DNA from: an uncultured bacterium | GTDB taxonomy: Bacteria > Oederibacteriota > PGYV01 > CAWJRG01 | Reading direction: 5' to 3' | Assembly (NCBI GenBank): GCA_963845185.1 | Contig: CAWJRG010000005.1 | Location: forward strand, 480,001-544,000 | DNA: 64,000 nucleotides | Part shown: positions 27,159 to 38,112 of the stretch, piece after piece | Layout: each line of letters begins with the position of its first letter | How positions within the stretch are numbered: the stretch's first letter is position 1 | Program-made: the position numbers and the translations under genes | Notes under the pieces: generated by a model | What the model saw: the letters and a program-made list of their open reading frames with translations, nothing else | Database searches by the model: none | Told to the model about the DNA's origin: nothing

Positions 27159-27498
27159 TGGTGGAGGCGGTGGGAATTGAACCCACGTCCAGACCTGCTT
27201 TGATAAAGGTCGTTACATGCTTTTTCCGGAATTTATTTTCGCGCAGCAAGCTCCTCCGGACGGGATTTTGCTGCGCTACACTCCGTATATCTTAACGCCG
27301 CCCTCCGGAGCACAAGACGGCGGGCAGCCTGCTATTTGGCCCCTTTAACTTCCCGCAGGCAAAAAAGTCAAAGAGGAGTTGCTGTTAAGCAGCTAGTGCG
27401 AAATTGTTCGCGATTACTTTGTCCACCTGTTTAACGAGGCAGTGGACCTCGGCATGCACCTTGTATCTACACGAGACCTGTCGAAACCGGTCGCCCCC
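27159..27498 (-). ncRNA. ssrA: tmRNA; tag peptide (A)ANNFALAA
   Basis: 5' GGGGGCGA..., 3' ...TTCAATTCCCACCGCCTCCACCA; tag ORF at 27385-27411; directly downstream of smpB. Confidence 0.97.
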
Positions 27499-27619
27499 AC
27501 AAAAAATTTATAAAATAAATTTTTTGAGAGAATTCGAGAGGTGAAAGTTAATAGTTGATTAAAGCAAAACCTCTTAAATTCGGTCTACTTTCTCCTATCT
27601 ACTTTCTGTATCTTTTGCT

Positions 27620-28072
27620 TTATAAGCTTATCTTGTATCTTTTTTCTTCCCTTAAAAGGTCGCGTTTTTTTATGTCCTCGCGGTGGTCGTACTCTCTCTT
27701 GCCTTTCGCGAGGGCAATCTCGACCTTGACCCTGCCACCTTTAAAATACATTGAGAGCGGCACGAGTGTCAAGCCCTTTTTATTCATCTTGCCAATGAGC
27801 CTGTTTATTTCGCTTTTGTGCAGCAGGAGTTTCCTGTCGCGCACCGGGTTGTGGTTGTTTATGTTTCCGTGGGAATATTGCGATATGTGGCAGTTTATAA
27901 GGTACGCCTCGCCCTTGATTATCCTGGCGAAACTGTCTTTCAGGTTTACTTTGCCGTCCCTTATTGACTTTACTTCCGTGCCCTGCAGGGCAATCCCCGC
28001 CTCAAGACTCTCGAGTATCTCAAAATTATGGAAAGCTTTCCTGTTTTTTGTTGCTGCTTTCTTGTCTTCCAT
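27620..28072 (-). CDS. smpB: SsrA-binding protein
   Basis: NRKAFHNF, EAGIALQGTEVKS, RKLLLH, GKREYDHRE. Confidence 0.98.
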   Translation of the reverse strand: MEDKKAATKNRKAFHNFEILESLEAGIALQGTEVKSIRDGKVNLKDSFARIIKGEAYLINCHISQYSHGNINNHNPVRDRKLLLHKSEINRLIGKMNKKGLTLVPLSMYFKGGRVKVEIALAKGKREYDHREDIKKRDLLREEKRYKISL

Positions 28073-31000
28073 TATTTTATCACTACAATCTTTGTGAAAT
28101 ATTCCTTGTCCGAGACTTTAAGCACGCCGTAATAAACGCCGTTTAATACAACCTTGTGGATGTCGTTTAACCCGTCCCAGGAGTATTTATAAAGCTGCCC
28201 GCCCTGCTGCTGTTCGCTGTTTACGATAGTCTTGACTTTCCTGCTTATCGGGTCATATATGTCAAAAGAAACTTTGGCGCTGCCTGGCAAATAATACTGT
28301 ATGGTCGTCTGCTGGCTGCCTGCCCTGAACGGGTTCGGGAAATTGTAAAAACTTGACTTTATGTCCAGGGTCGTTACATTTATCGTGTCAGATACAAACG
28401 GGAACTGGTGTGTATTTGTGCTTATATAAAGCAGGCTACCATCGAGCTGCTCCATATTTAAATCAAGCGGGTTCTGTACCATCAGGTTAAATCCTGTATC
28501 CGGTGCCCCGCTTTTTATGTCGATTACTATCCTGTAAGTGGCGCTTGTCCCGGCAGCAATGCCTGTGCTGGAAGTGTTTGAAAGCGGGTCTATTGATATA
28601 AACTGGCTGTTAGCCGTGCCCCATGCTGTCTGGCTTATGACATTTCCGTTGTCGTCCGTCACGTAAACCGTGCTTATCCAGTTGTTGTTCGCGCCGTTTA
28701 CCGTAAGCGTCACGCCTGTTAATTTATAATTCGGGCCTGCCGGCGCGTTCGGGTTTGTAATTATCAGGTTCATGACGTTTATACCCTGCTGCCCAGGCGC
28801 GACCGTGTTGATGTTGTAATTATTGTAATCGGCTATTGCATAGCTTGTGGCGTTTCCCGTCACGGATATCGGGTCTGAAACAGCGTTTGGATAAACTCCG
28901 TTCTGTACGCCTGCCAGTATCTGGTAAACAAGGCCGGGTTTTGTAAAATATACAATGAACTGTGCCTGGCCGTTCACAAGATTTTTGTTTGCATTGGGTA
29001 TGTCTGTATAAGGAGCCTCTGCAGGATTAAAGCTGCTGATGTTTATTGAATTTTGCGCCTGCGTATAAACAGTCCAGTTGTTTTCTTCCACGCACAGGAC
29101 CGTAATGGTAACAGCGTGCCCTGCCTGCTGCATAAGAGGAGAACCTGTATATCCCGGCGCAAAATTAGCCAATGTTTCGCCGGGCGCCAGCACAAGCAGC
29201 GCTATAACCGGCGTATTTGTGACTGTTACAGTGGCTGTAATTGTTGGCGTGCCTGTAAAAGTGCAGGTACGCGTGTCTGTTTCTGTCAATGTTACTGTAA
29301 CTGTAAATGTAGCTGTATCTGTACAGGTATTTGTGGAAGTGGATGTAGGTGTCCATGTAGGCGTATTGGTCTGTGTATTTGTAAGGGTATAAGTCGGCGT
29401 CCATGTGCCGGTTGCTGTGAACGTCGGGCTTGATGTCGGCGTCCACGTAGGCGTTGCAGTTGATGTCGGGCTCGATGTCGGTGTCCACGTCGGTGTTGAT
29501 GTTGATGTCGGGCTCGATGTCGGCGTCCATGTCCCTGTTGCTGTTGAGGTCGGGCTCGATGTCGGCGTCCACGTAGGCGTCGCCGTGAAGGTCGGGCTCG
29601 ATGTCGATGTCCATGTGCCGGTTGCCGTGAACGTCGCGCTTTCCGTGACTGTCAATGTAGGTGTTACAGTTGATGTCGGGCTGGATGTCGACGTCCATGT
29701 GCCTGTTGCCGTTGATGTTGGAGTTGACATTATTACTTCCTGCGAATAGCCGTTTGCCGTCACTCCCCTGTCATCTGCCATGCCGTTTAAATGGCTCCAG
29801 TAAAATTTATTCCCGGCGTCGCTTGTACCGTTGAATGTTATTATGTCGAAATTCGGGTTACTTGATATGTTCCATGCCGTCAAATATGAAACATCTATCG
29901 TTGTTGCTCCTACGCTTACTGTCCCTCCATTCGCACTTACCGGCAAACCTGTTATTGTCACACTTGCAGGTATTTCAATGTCTACCTGTGTTATGGGGCC
30001 CTGCCCTGCAGCTAATACATAATAAGAATACGTCACCTGCGCTCCGCTTACTGCGGTATTGGGATGAACATATACATACGCTGCTGCAGTCGCAGTATTT
30101 GTCGGCGTCACTGTCGGCGTCACTGTCGGTGATGCTGTCGGTGTCCACGTGCCTGTCGCTGTGAACGTAGGGCTCGAAGTCGGCGTTCCTGTATTTGTTG
30201 TTGTAGATGTAGGGCTGGACGTCGTAGTCCATGTAGGCGTATTCGTCGGCGTCCATGTTGACGTTATTGTGAATGTCGTCGTCACTGTCCCCGTCTCGGT
30301 TATCGTAAATGTTGTTGTTATTGTCAGCGTATTCGTGGGTGAATAATTTGGCGAAATGGTGCTGGTAACCGAAATAGTGCTTGTCTGGGTTATTGTGGGC
30401 GACACTGTATTTGTAGCTGAAATTGTTGCTGTTTCTGTAGCTGTGTATGTAGACGTAATTGTACTGGTGATTGTAGGCGTCCATGTTTCTGTAACAGTAG
30501 AAGTCGGTGTTGATATTATTACTTCCTGCGAATGTCCTGATAATGTCACTCCCCTGTCATCCACCATATTGTTTAAATGGCTCCAGTAAAATTTGTTGCC
30601 GGCATCGCTTGTGCCGGTAAATGTTATTATGTCATCATTTGGATTGCTTAATGCGTTCCATGCAACTGCGTATAATACCTCTATTGTTGTACCCGTTATT
30701 ATTACTGACCCTCCATTTGTAGTTACGATCTCACTCGAAGGCGCTGTTATTGTCACGCTTGATGGTATTTCAATGTCCACTTGTGTTATTGGCCCTTGTC
30801 CTGCCGCTGAAACAATATATGAATACGAAACCGGCTGCCCACTCACAGCAGTGTTTGGCTGAATATATACATAAGCTGCTCCCATTGGCGTACTCGTCGG
30901 CGTCGCAGTAGGTGTTATTGTGGATGTCAGCGTCCATGTACCTGTTGCCGTGAACGTAGGGCTTGACGTCGGCGTCCATGTACCTGTTACTGTAAATGTC

Positions 31001-34000
31001 GGGCTTGATGTCGGCGTCCATGTACCTGTTACTGTAAATGTCGGGCTTGAAGTTGGCGTCCATGTAGGCGTTGTAGAGAATGTAGGGCTGGACGTCGGCG
31101 TATGTGTCAGTGTCCATGTTTGAGTTGTTGTGAACGTCGGGCTGAAAGTTGGTGTCCATGTTCCTGTTACTGTAAATGTCGGGCTTGATGTCGGTGTCCA
31201 TGTTGGTGTATTTGTCAATGTCCATGTTGGTGAACTAGTCGGCGTATTTGTCGGTGTATTCGTAGGTGTATTCGTGGGCGTACATGTTGATGTATTCGTC
31301 GGCGTCCATGTCGGTGAACTGGTCGGTGTATTTGTCGGTGTATTCGTAGGTGTCCATGTCGGTGAACTCGTCGGTGTATTTGTAGGAGTATTTGTTGGCG
31401 TCCATGTCGGTGTGTTTGTCGGCGTATTTGTAGGTGTGCTCGTCGGCGTCCACGTCGGCGTGAATGTAGGCGTTGTTGTGGATGTTGGTGTCGTGCACAT
31501 CACTGTCTGCGAATATCCGCCATTCGGCACAGGGCATGGGTTTCCGTTTACCGCACTTATGTATGTTTCGCTCGGACCGCCCGATATTGCGCTGAATATT
31601 ATTATATCAAAATTCGGGTTGCTTGTATCGTTCCATGCTGTACCGTATGTCACTGATATTGTATTCGCTCCCAAAACTACTGCCCCTCCATTATTGCTTG
31701 TTGGTGTGCCCCCTGTTACTGTTACGCCTCCGGGTATTGTTATTACAAGGCTCGTTATCGGCCCTTTACTTGCCGCGTCCACATAATAACTGTATGATAC
31801 CGTGTCTCCGTCAACTGCAACTGTCGGCTGGATATATGCGTATGCGAATGCCGTTGCCGTGTTTGTAGGCGTTGCTGTCGGCGTCACTGTATTTGTCGGC
31901 GTCCATGTCCCTGTTATCGTGAATGTCGGGCTCGATGTCGGCGTATTTGTAGGTGTACTTGTCGGCGTGCTTGTGGCCGTATTCGTCGGTGAACTGGTCG
32001 GCGTATTTGTAGGCGTGCTCGTTGCAGTCCATGTTGGCGAACTGGTAGGCGTGAATGTCGGTGTATTTGTTGCTGAACTCGTCGGCGTCCACGTTGGTGT
32101 ACTTGTCGGCGATACTGTAGGCGTGCAGAAACCCGCAAGCACGTTGAAATTATTGACTACAAAATAACCCAGTGTTCCTGTTGTTGAATTTGCGGCAATA
32201 CCCACCCAGTATGTGGTATTCATGGCTATGGTCAGGGACGCAACCGGTATCCATGCAACCCCGTCGCTCGAATAATACCCTGCAAACATGGTACCAACCC
32301 TCTGCAGTCTTACATATCCTATGCCAGCGTTGTTATAAGTACCATTCCCGCTGCTTGTATTTGTATTAGCCGCGCCGGTCGTGGCCCTATGGATAAAATT
32401 ATATACCCCTGACCACTGCGCGCTTATGAAAGCAAAAGTGCTGTTTGTTTCAAGCGTTTCCCTCATCATAATCCCGGCCCTTGAGGAAGCTGCCAGGTTT
32501 GAAACACCATCTATGACCAGGGTCACATCCATGTCGCCCGAAACCGGCTGGTATATGTATCTTAACGAATCTGAAGTGCTGCCCACCATTGGGCTGCCGG
32601 CAGCCGTGATAGTCAGGGCTCCGCCTCCCTCTGTCTGCGATCCCGCCATGCCGGGAGTGCCTATGTCTGACGCGCCCCAAATGCCTGAATTAAACGAGCT
32701 GCCGCTGAACGTGTCGCTCTGCACGCATTGCGGGATTATGGGGGTATCTGTTATTGTAATTGTCGCTGTCGCCGTCAAAGTCCCTGTTATCGTGAAAGTC
32801 GGGCTTATCGTCCCTGTCCATGTCGGTGTATTTGTCGGAGTAAATGTCGGGCTTGATGTCCCTGTCCACGTCGGCGTGAATGTTGGGCTGTTTGTCCCTG
32901 TCCAAGTCGGAGTATTTGTCGGTGTCCACGTTGGTGTGTTTGTTATCGTCCATGTCGGCGTATTTGTCGGCGAATCCGTCGGCGTCCATGTCGGTGTCCA
33001 CGTCGGTGTACTCGTAGGCGTATTTGTCGGCGAATCCGTCGGCGTCCATGTCGGTGTCCACGTCGGTGTACTCGTAGGCGTATTTGTCGGCGAATCCGTC
33101 GGCGTCCATGTCGGTGTCCACGTCGGTGTACTCGTAGGCGTATTTGTCGGCGTGAATGTCGGGCTAGATGTCAGTGTCCATGTCGGTGTGTTTGTCGGCG
33201 TTACTGTAAACGTCGGTGTCACTACTGTCACTGACTGCGAATCCCCTGCCGGCGCAGTGCAGAAATACGTTCCATTTACCACGCAGGGAAACGTCTGAAC
33301 CCCAGACGGCAATATCGCGTTAAATGTTATTATGTCAAAATTCGGAGTGCTGGCATTGTTCCATTGCGGACTGTATGTTACAAGTATGTTATTTCCGGGA
33401 CGGGTTATGCTTCCTCCCATCTGGCTTGCGGGTGTGCCTAATATTGATACCGCTCCCGGTACTCCTATTAATACGCTCGTTATCGGCCCATCCCCTACTG
33501 CGTCAACGTAATAACTGTATGTTACCGTGTCTCCTGCCACTGCCTGGTTCGGCTGGATGTACGTGTATGCCAAAGGCGTTGATGTTGGCGTCGCAGTTAT
33601 GCTCGGCGTTGCTGTTGGTGTCCATGTCGCTGTGTTCGTTGGTGTCCATGTTGGTGAACTAGTCGGCGTCCATGTTGGCGTGTCTGTCGGACTCGATGTC
33701 GCTGTAAATGTAGGTGTAAATGTTGGTGTTGTTGTAGATGTGGGTGTTAATATTATTACTGTCTGCGAAGACCCATTGGGCACTGGGCAGAGATTTCCGT
33801 TTACAGCGCTTATGTATGTTTCCGAAGGCCCGCTCGATATTGCGCTGAATGTTATTATGTCGAAATTCGGGTCGCTATTATCGTTCCATCCTGCTCCGTA
33901 TGTCACTGTTATTGTATTTGCTCCCAAAACTACTGCCCCTCCATTATTGCTTGTTGGTGTACCACCTGTTACTGTCACGCCCCCTGGTATTGTTATTACA

Positions 34001-36993
34001 AGGCTTGTTATCGGCCCATCCCCTGCCGCGTCTACATAATAACTATATGATACCGTATCTCCTTCTACTGCCACTGTCGGCTGAATATACGCGTACGCGA
34101 ATGGCGTCGATGTGTTTGTCGGCGTCGCTGTCGGCGTCACTGTATTTGTCGGCGTCCATGTCCCCGTATTCGTCGGCGTCCACGTTAGCGTACCCGTCGG
34201 CGTATTTGTTGGTGAACCCGTGGGCGTCCATGTAGGCGTATTCGTCGGCGATATTGTCGCCGTGCAGAAACCCGCGAGCACGTTAAAATTATTTACAGCA
34301 AAAGCACCGAGCCCTGCTACTGTTGAATTTGAGGCAATGCCCACCCAGTATGTGGTGTTCATGGCTATGGTTACGGCCCCAGCCGGTATCCAGTTAACCC
34401 CGTTGCTCGAATAATACCCTCCAAATACATTCCCCACCCTCTGCAGTCTCACATAGCCTGTGCCTGTGAATGTGCCACTGCTTGTATTCACGTTGGCCGC
34501 GCCGGTCGTTGTCCGGCGTATAAAATTATATACCCCGATATGCTGTGCCGAGACGCAGGCGAACGTGCTGTTTGTTTCAAGCGATTCCCTCATCATAAGC
34601 CCAGCCTTTGCGTTATTTGCTACGCTTGAAATGCTGTCTACAAAAATGGTCACATCCATGTCGCCTGAAACCGGCTGGTATATATACCTGAAAGTATCGG
34701 AGTTGCCGCCTGTCAGGTTTGTGCCGCCGTCGGCCATGATTTGCAGAACTCCGCCTCCTTCCGTCTGCGACCCGGCCAAGCCTGCGCCTATGTCTGACGC
34801 GCCCCATATGCTTGAATTAAACGTACTGCCGCCGAACGTGTCGCTTTGCACGCATTGCGGGATTATGGGTGTATCTGTTACGGTGATTGTCTGTGTTGCA
34901 GTCAATGTTCCTGTTAGCGTAAATGTCGGGCTCGACGTTCCTGTCCAAGTAGGCGTGAATGTCGGGCTCGTTGTCGGTGTCCATGTCGGTGTATTCGTCG
35001 GTGTCCATGTTGTCGTATTCGTCGGCGTGTTTGTTGATGTGAATGTTGGGCTTGCTGTGGGAGTCCATGTCGGCGTAATGGTCTGGGTTACAGTGAATGT
35101 CGGCGTCACCACTGTCACTGACTGCGAATCCCCTGATGGCGCGCTGCAGAAATATGTGCCGTTTACCACTCCCGGAAATGTCTGTATCCCTGCCGGCAAT
35201 ATCGCGTTAAATGTTATTATGTCAAAATTCGGAGTGCTGCCGTTGCTCCATGGCTGGCTGTATGTTACAAGGATGGTGTTTCCGGGCCGCGTTATGCTTC
35301 CACCCATATTACTAATGGGAGTGCCTATTATTGATACCACTGCCGGTACTCCTATCAGCAGGGTCGTTATCGGCCCGTCTCCGACAGCGTCAACGTAATA
35401 ACTGTATGTTACCGTGTCTCCTGCCACTGCCTGGTTCGGCTGGATGTACGTATATACCAAAGGCGTTGATGTTGGCGTTGCAGTTATAGTCGGCGTTGCC
35501 GTATATGTCAATGTCCATGTGCCTGTTGCAGTAAATGTCGGGCTCGATGTCGTTGTATTTGTTGGTGTCCACGTTGGTGTGTTTGTCGGCGTAAACGTCG
35601 GACTGGATGTTGGTGTCCATGTAGGTGTAAATGTTGGGCTAGTCGTCGGTGTCCATGTCAGCGTGCTCGTAGGCGTCCATGTCGGTGTATGAGTCGGCGT
35701 CCATGTTTGAGTAACAGTAAGCGTCGGCGTAACTACTGTCACTGACTGAGAATATCCGTTTGGTGCAGAGCATAAATATGTGTTGTTTATCAGGCTTGTA
35801 TATGCTTGTGTCCCGGCATCAGATATTGCACTAAATATTATTATGTCAAAAGGCGGGTCGCTTTCGTTGTTCCATTGCGGGCTATATGATACATTTATAT
35901 TCCCTCCCAGCAAGCTTACGCTTCCGCCAATACTGCTTGTTGGAGTGTCTGGTATTGATACCCCTTCCGGAATTTCTATTATCAGGCTCGTTATTGGCCC
36001 ATCCCCTGCCGCGTTAACATAATAACTGTATGTTACTTTATCCCCTGCCACCGCCACTGTCGGCTGGATATACGCGTATGCCACAGGTGTTGACGTAGGT
36101 GTAAATGTCACGGTTATGGTTGCTGTCGGCGTATTAGTCGGCGTCCAAGTTGTAGTATGTGTTGGTGTCCATGTCGGCGTGTTAGTCAATGTCCATGTCG
36201 GTGTCCACGTCGGGCTGTATGTCGGAGTATTTGTAGGTGTCGGCGCGACTTGTAATTCGATTTCCAGCATTGCACAACGGGATGCAACAGTAGAATTATA
36301 AGTCACAGAATATGACCCTGCAGCGCCTGTTGTTATATCGTGCCCTGCTCCGCGTATGTAATTGGTTGTATTTTCAATATTCCAGCGTTCATTGGCCGTG
36401 GTCGTAAATACCATATCCCCGCCGCTTCTTTCAACAAATAGTCCTGAAATCCAGCTGTTGTTCTGTGCTGTATTGAATGTGACAGTCAATGTATTAGCAG
36501 TGGTAGCGCCTGCACCGGAATTGGCAACTCCGTTATTGCCAATTGAACTCACACCGTCATATTCTATGACGCCCATGCTAATCATATCGCCGGCGACACC
36601 TGAAGTGTTAACATTGATAGTGTATGTACCGTTTGGCGGGTTTTGCAAATACCATATTTCGCCTTCAAGGCCGAGAGTATTACCTAAATAAGCTGATGTT
36701 TTCGTTACACAGTTAAAAGCATAGCCGTCATACGAAACGCCGGATATTGACAACCACGTTCCTGGAGCTGAAGTTTCCCTGATGCCGCAGCTGAATATTA
36801 ACATCCTGTTTGTATTGCTGCTCGTGGCATAGGTAAAAGATGGGTCGGCTGTATTTGCGGTTGTGCTGTCCATGTTGTAATAACTTATGTCGGCAAAAAC
36901 AATGCCGGGCATAAATATAATGAAAAATAAGACCGCAAATGCACTTATTGTGAAATGGAATCCCGGCTTTTTGAATAAAAACTTTTTTTTCAC
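28072..36993 (-). CDS. Giant (2973 aa) secreted modular surface protein: Thr/Pro/Trp linkers, 7 Ig-like repeats, 2 ConA/DUF1349-like domains, C-terminal FlgD-Ig/T9SS-type sorting domain
   Basis: Signal peptide; seven AY.YIQP..AV.G..V.YSYYV.A...GPIT modules; two SDTF...[12 protein letters not shown] domains; C-terminus NFPNPF...IYD...WDG..D....NGVY...KIVVIK. Confidence 0.85.
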   Translation of the reverse strand: MKKKFLFKKPGFHFTISAFAVLFFIIFMPGIVFADISYYNMDSTTANTADPSFTYATSSNTNRMLIFSCGIRETSAPGTWLSISGVSYDGYAFNCVTKTSAYLGNTLGLEGEIWYLQNPPNGTYTINVNTSGVAGDMISMGVIEYDGVSSIGNNGVANSGAGATTANTLTVTFNTAQNNSWISGLFVERSGGDMVFTTTANERWNIENTTNYIRGAGHDITTGAAGSYSVTYNSTVASRCAMLEIELQVAPTPTNTPTYSPTWTPTWTLTNTPTWTPTHTTTWTPTNTPTATITVTFTPTSTPVAYAYIQPTVAVAGDKVTYSYYVNAAGDGPITSLIIEIPEGVSIPDTPTSSIGGSVSLLGGNINVSYSPQWNNESDPPFDIIIFSAISDAGTQAYTSLINNTYLCSAPNGYSQSVTVVTPTLTVTQTWTPTHTPTWTPTSTLTWTPTTSPTFTPTWTPTSSPTFTPTNTPTWTPTNTTTSSPTFTATGTWTLTYTATPTITATPTSTPLVYTYIQPNQAVAGDTVTYSYYVDAVGDGPITTLLIGVPAVVSIIGTPISNMGGSITRPGNTILVTYSQPWSNGSTPNFDIITFNAILPAGIQTFPGVVNGTYFCSAPSGDSQSVTVVTPTFTVTQTITPTWTPTASPTFTSTNTPTNTTTWTPTNTPTWTPTTSPTFTPTWTGTSSPTFTLTGTLTATQTITVTDTPIIPQCVQSDTFGGSTFNSSIWGASDIGAGLAGSQTEGGGVLQIMADGGTNLTGGNSDTFRYIYQPVSGDMDVTIFVDSISSVANNAKAGLMMRESLETNSTFACVSAQHIGVYNFIRRTTTGAANVNTSSGTFTGTGYVRLQRVGNVFGGYYSSNGVNWIPAGAVTIAMNTTYWVGIASNSTVAGLGAFAVNNFNVLAGFCTATISPTNTPTWTPTGSPTNTPTGTLTWTPTNTGTWTPTNTVTPTATPTNTSTPFAYAYIQPTVAVEGDTVSYSYYVDAAGDGPITSLVITIPGGVTVTGGTPTSNNGGAVVLGANTITVTYGAGWNDNSDPNFDIITFSAISSGPSETYISAVNGNLCPVPNGSSQTVIILTPTSTTTPTFTPTFTATSSPTDTPTWTPTSSPTWTPTNTATWTPTATPSITATPTSTPLAYTYIQPNQAVAGDTVTYSYYVDAVGDGPITSVLIGVPGAVSILGTPASQMGGSITRPGNNILVTYSPQWNNASTPNFDIITFNAILPSGVQTFPCVVNGTYFCTAPAGDSQSVTVVTPTFTVTPTNTPTWTLTSSPTFTPTNTPTSTPTWTPTWTPTDSPTNTPTSTPTWTPTWTPTDSPTNTPTSTPTWTPTWTPTDSPTNTPTWTITNTPTWTPTNTPTWTGTNSPTFTPTWTGTSSPTFTPTNTPTWTGTISPTFTITGTLTATATITITDTPIIPQCVQSDTFSGSSFNSGIWGASDIGTPGMAGSQTEGGGALTITAAGSPMVGSTSDSLRYIYQPVSGDMDVTLVIDGVSNLAASSRAGIMMRETLETNSTFAFISAQWSGVYNFIHRATTGAANTNTSSGNGTYNNAGIGYVRLQRVGTMFAGYYSSDGVAWIPVASLTIAMNTTYWVGIAANSTTGTLGYFVVNNFNVLAGFCTPTVSPTSTPTWTPTSSATNTPTFTPTSSPTWTATSTPTNTPTSSPTNTATSTPTSTPTNTPTSSPTFTITGTWTPTNTVTPTATPTNTATAFAYAYIQPTVAVDGDTVSYSYYVDAASKGPITSLVITIPGGVTVTGGTPTSNNGGAVVLGANTISVTYGTAWNDTSNPNFDIIIFSAISGGPSETYISAVNGNPCPVPNGGYSQTVMCTTPTSTTTPTFTPTWTPTSTPTNTPTNTPTWTPTNTPTNTPTSSPTWTPTNTPTNTPTSSPTWTPTNTSTCTPTNTPTNTPTNTPTSSPTWTLTNTPTWTPTSSPTFTVTGTWTPTFSPTFTTTQTWTLTHTPTSSPTFSTTPTWTPTSSPTFTVTGTWTPTSSPTFTVTGTWTPTSSPTFTATGTWTLTSTITPTATPTSTPMGAAYVYIQPNTAVSGQPVSYSYIVSAAGQGPITQVDIEIPSSVTITAPSSEIVTTNGGSVIITGTTIEVLYAVAWNALSNPNDDIITFTGTSDAGNKFYWSHLNNMVDDRGVTLSGHSQEVIISTPTSTVTETWTPTITSTITSTYTATETATISATNTVSPTITQTSTISVTSTISPNYSPTNTLTITTTFTITETGTVTTTFTITSTWTPTNTPTWTTTSSPTSTTTNTGTPTSSPTFTATGTWTPTASPTVTPTVTPTNTATAAAYVYVHPNTAVSGAQVTYSYYVLAAGQGPITQVDIEIPASVTITGLPVSANGGTVSVGATTIDVSYLTAWNISSNPNFDIITFNGTSDAGNKFYWSHLNGMADDRGVTANGYSQEVIMSTPTSTATGTWTSTSSPTSTVTPTLTVTESATFTATGTWTSTSSPTFTATPTWTPTSSPTSTATGTWTPTSSPTSTSTPTWTPTSSPTSTATPTWTPTSSPTFTATGTWTPTYTLTNTQTNTPTWTPTSTSTNTCTDTATFTVTVTLTETDTRTCTFTGTPTITATVTVTNTPVIALLVLAPGETLANFAPGYTGSPLMQQAGHAVTITVLCVEENNWTVYTQAQNSINISSFNPAEAPYTDIPNANKNLVNGQAQFIVYFTKPGLVYQILAGVQNGVYPNAVSDPISVTGNATSYAIADYNNYNINTVAPGQQGINVMNLIITNPNAPAGPNYKLTGVTLTVNGANNNWISTVYVTDDNGNVISQTAWGTANSQFISIDPLSNTSSTGIAAGTSATYRIVIDIKSGAPDTGFNLMVQNPLDLNMEQLDGSLLYISTNTHQFPFVSDTINVTTLDIKSSFYNFPNPFRAGSQQTTIQYYLPGSAKVSFDIYDPISRKVKTIVNSEQQQGGQLYKYSWDGLNDIHKVVLNGVYYGVLKVSDKEYFTKIVVIK
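32957..33152. repeat. Perfect 60-bp tandem repeat (~3.3 copies) within the giant gene
   Basis: Identical sequence at a 60-nt period, encoding [20 protein letters not shown]. Confidence 0.95.
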
Positions 36994-37006
36994 ATTTTAC
37001 CTCATT

Positions 37007-37148
37007 GCTGTCCGGAACCGGCAATTTACAACAGCAGTATGTCCCTAAATATCAGGCATACCAGTTTCCGGACAACTATTCATCCCAGAAAGGCTTGATT
37101 ATGCTTTTCCTTAATGATAATTATACAATATACACTCCTGTTTATCAA
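37007..37148 (-). promoter_or_regulatory. Sigma70 promoter plus structured 5' leader of the giant gene
   Basis: TTGATA-N17-TATAAT (37148-37120); long stem 37076-37061/37021-37007 ending just before the GAGG SD. Confidence 0.65.
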
Positions 37149-37233
37149 ACCTAATTTTCTTGCGGATTATTTGACTTTTTTCGTACCAAAATGCGGTTTT
37201 ATGCTTTATTTAAAAGCATTTTTAGGAAGTTTA

Positions 37234-38112
37234 CTATTTTTTCTTTGCCCTTGGATGTGCCTTTTCGTATTCCCTTTTTAATTTTGCGATTGAAAGGTGG
37301 GTATATATCTGTGTCGTTGAAAGGTTTGCATGCCCCAGGAGTTCCTGCACCGCTCGCAGGTCCGCTCCCCTGTCGAGCAGATGCGTGGCAAAAGAATGCC
37401 GCAGCGTATGCGGTGTTACTTTTTTTTCAATTCCGGCGCGCCTCGCGTATTTTATTATCATTATTTCCACGCTTCTCGGAGTCAGCCTTCCCTTGTTCCT
37501 GTTTATAAAAAGCGTTTTACCGGCATCGTATGTTTTGAGCTGTTTTAAGTACTCCTTCAAAAGATTGAGCACCGCGCCGCCTATGGGCGCTATCCTCTCT
37601 TTTGAGCCTTTGCCGAAAACTTTTATTTCTTCGTTTATGAAATCTATGTTTTCAATGTTCAGACCCGTGAGTTCGCTCACCCTGATTCCCGCCGAATAAA
37701 TGAGCTCGAGTATCGTTCTGTCGCGCAGTCCGGAAAAATCCTTTGTTTCTATCGAGTCCAGAAGTTTTGCCGTTTCCTCCTCGGTCAAAAAAGACGGGAG
37801 TTTTTTTTCCTTTTTCGGAGTCAGTATGTACGCGAACGGGTTTTTTTGTATTTTTTTGTTCCTGATGAGGTATTTATAAAAATTCCTGACCGCTATTATT
37901 TTCCTTATTACGGAATTCCTGCTGAGCTTTCTTTTGTTTAGCGATTCAATAAACCCCCTTATTTCCGCGTCGCTTACCCCGGTTTGCCCTTTTGTAAACT
38001 GCAGGAACTGCTTTATGTCGTTTACGTAGTTTATTACGGTTTTTTTTGAATAGTTTCTTTCGTTGCTTAAAAAACTCGCGTATTCATTCAGTTCTTTGTT
38101 TTCTTCATTCAT
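37234..38112 (-). CDS. xerC: Tyrosine recombinase XerC
   Basis: RVSEL, GKGSKER, HTLRHSFATH, LLGHANLSTTQIY; dprA-topA-xerC synteny. Confidence 0.85.
   Translation of the reverse strand: MNEENKELNEYASFLSNERNYSKKTVINYVNDIKQFLQFTKGQTGVSDAEIRGFIESLNKRKLSRNSVIRKIIAVRNFYKYLIRNKKIQKNPFAYILTPKKEKKLPSFLTEEETAKLLDSIETKDFSGLRDRTILELIYSAGIRVSELTGLNIENIDFINEEIKVFGKGSKERIAPIGGAVLNLLKEYLKQLKTYDAGKTLFINRNKGRLTPRSVEIMIIKYARRAGIEKKVTPHTLRHSFATHLLDRGADLRAVQELLGHANLSTTQIYTHLSIAKLKREYEKAHPRAKKK

Noticed and set aside
29700..36100. Duplicated modules as DGR template/variable repeats
   Set aside because: No reverse transcriptase in the window; all copies are in-frame coding and differences are not confined to adenines.
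29053..36691. Many Val/Gly-rich and Asp/Tyr-rich ORFs overlapping the giant gene
   Set aside because: Shadow frames of the ACN-CCN repeat codons.
37234..38112. Tyrosine recombinase as the integrase of an ssrA island
   Set aside because: It lies in the conserved dprA-topA-xerC context, on the 5' side of ssrA; it is a housekeeping Xer.
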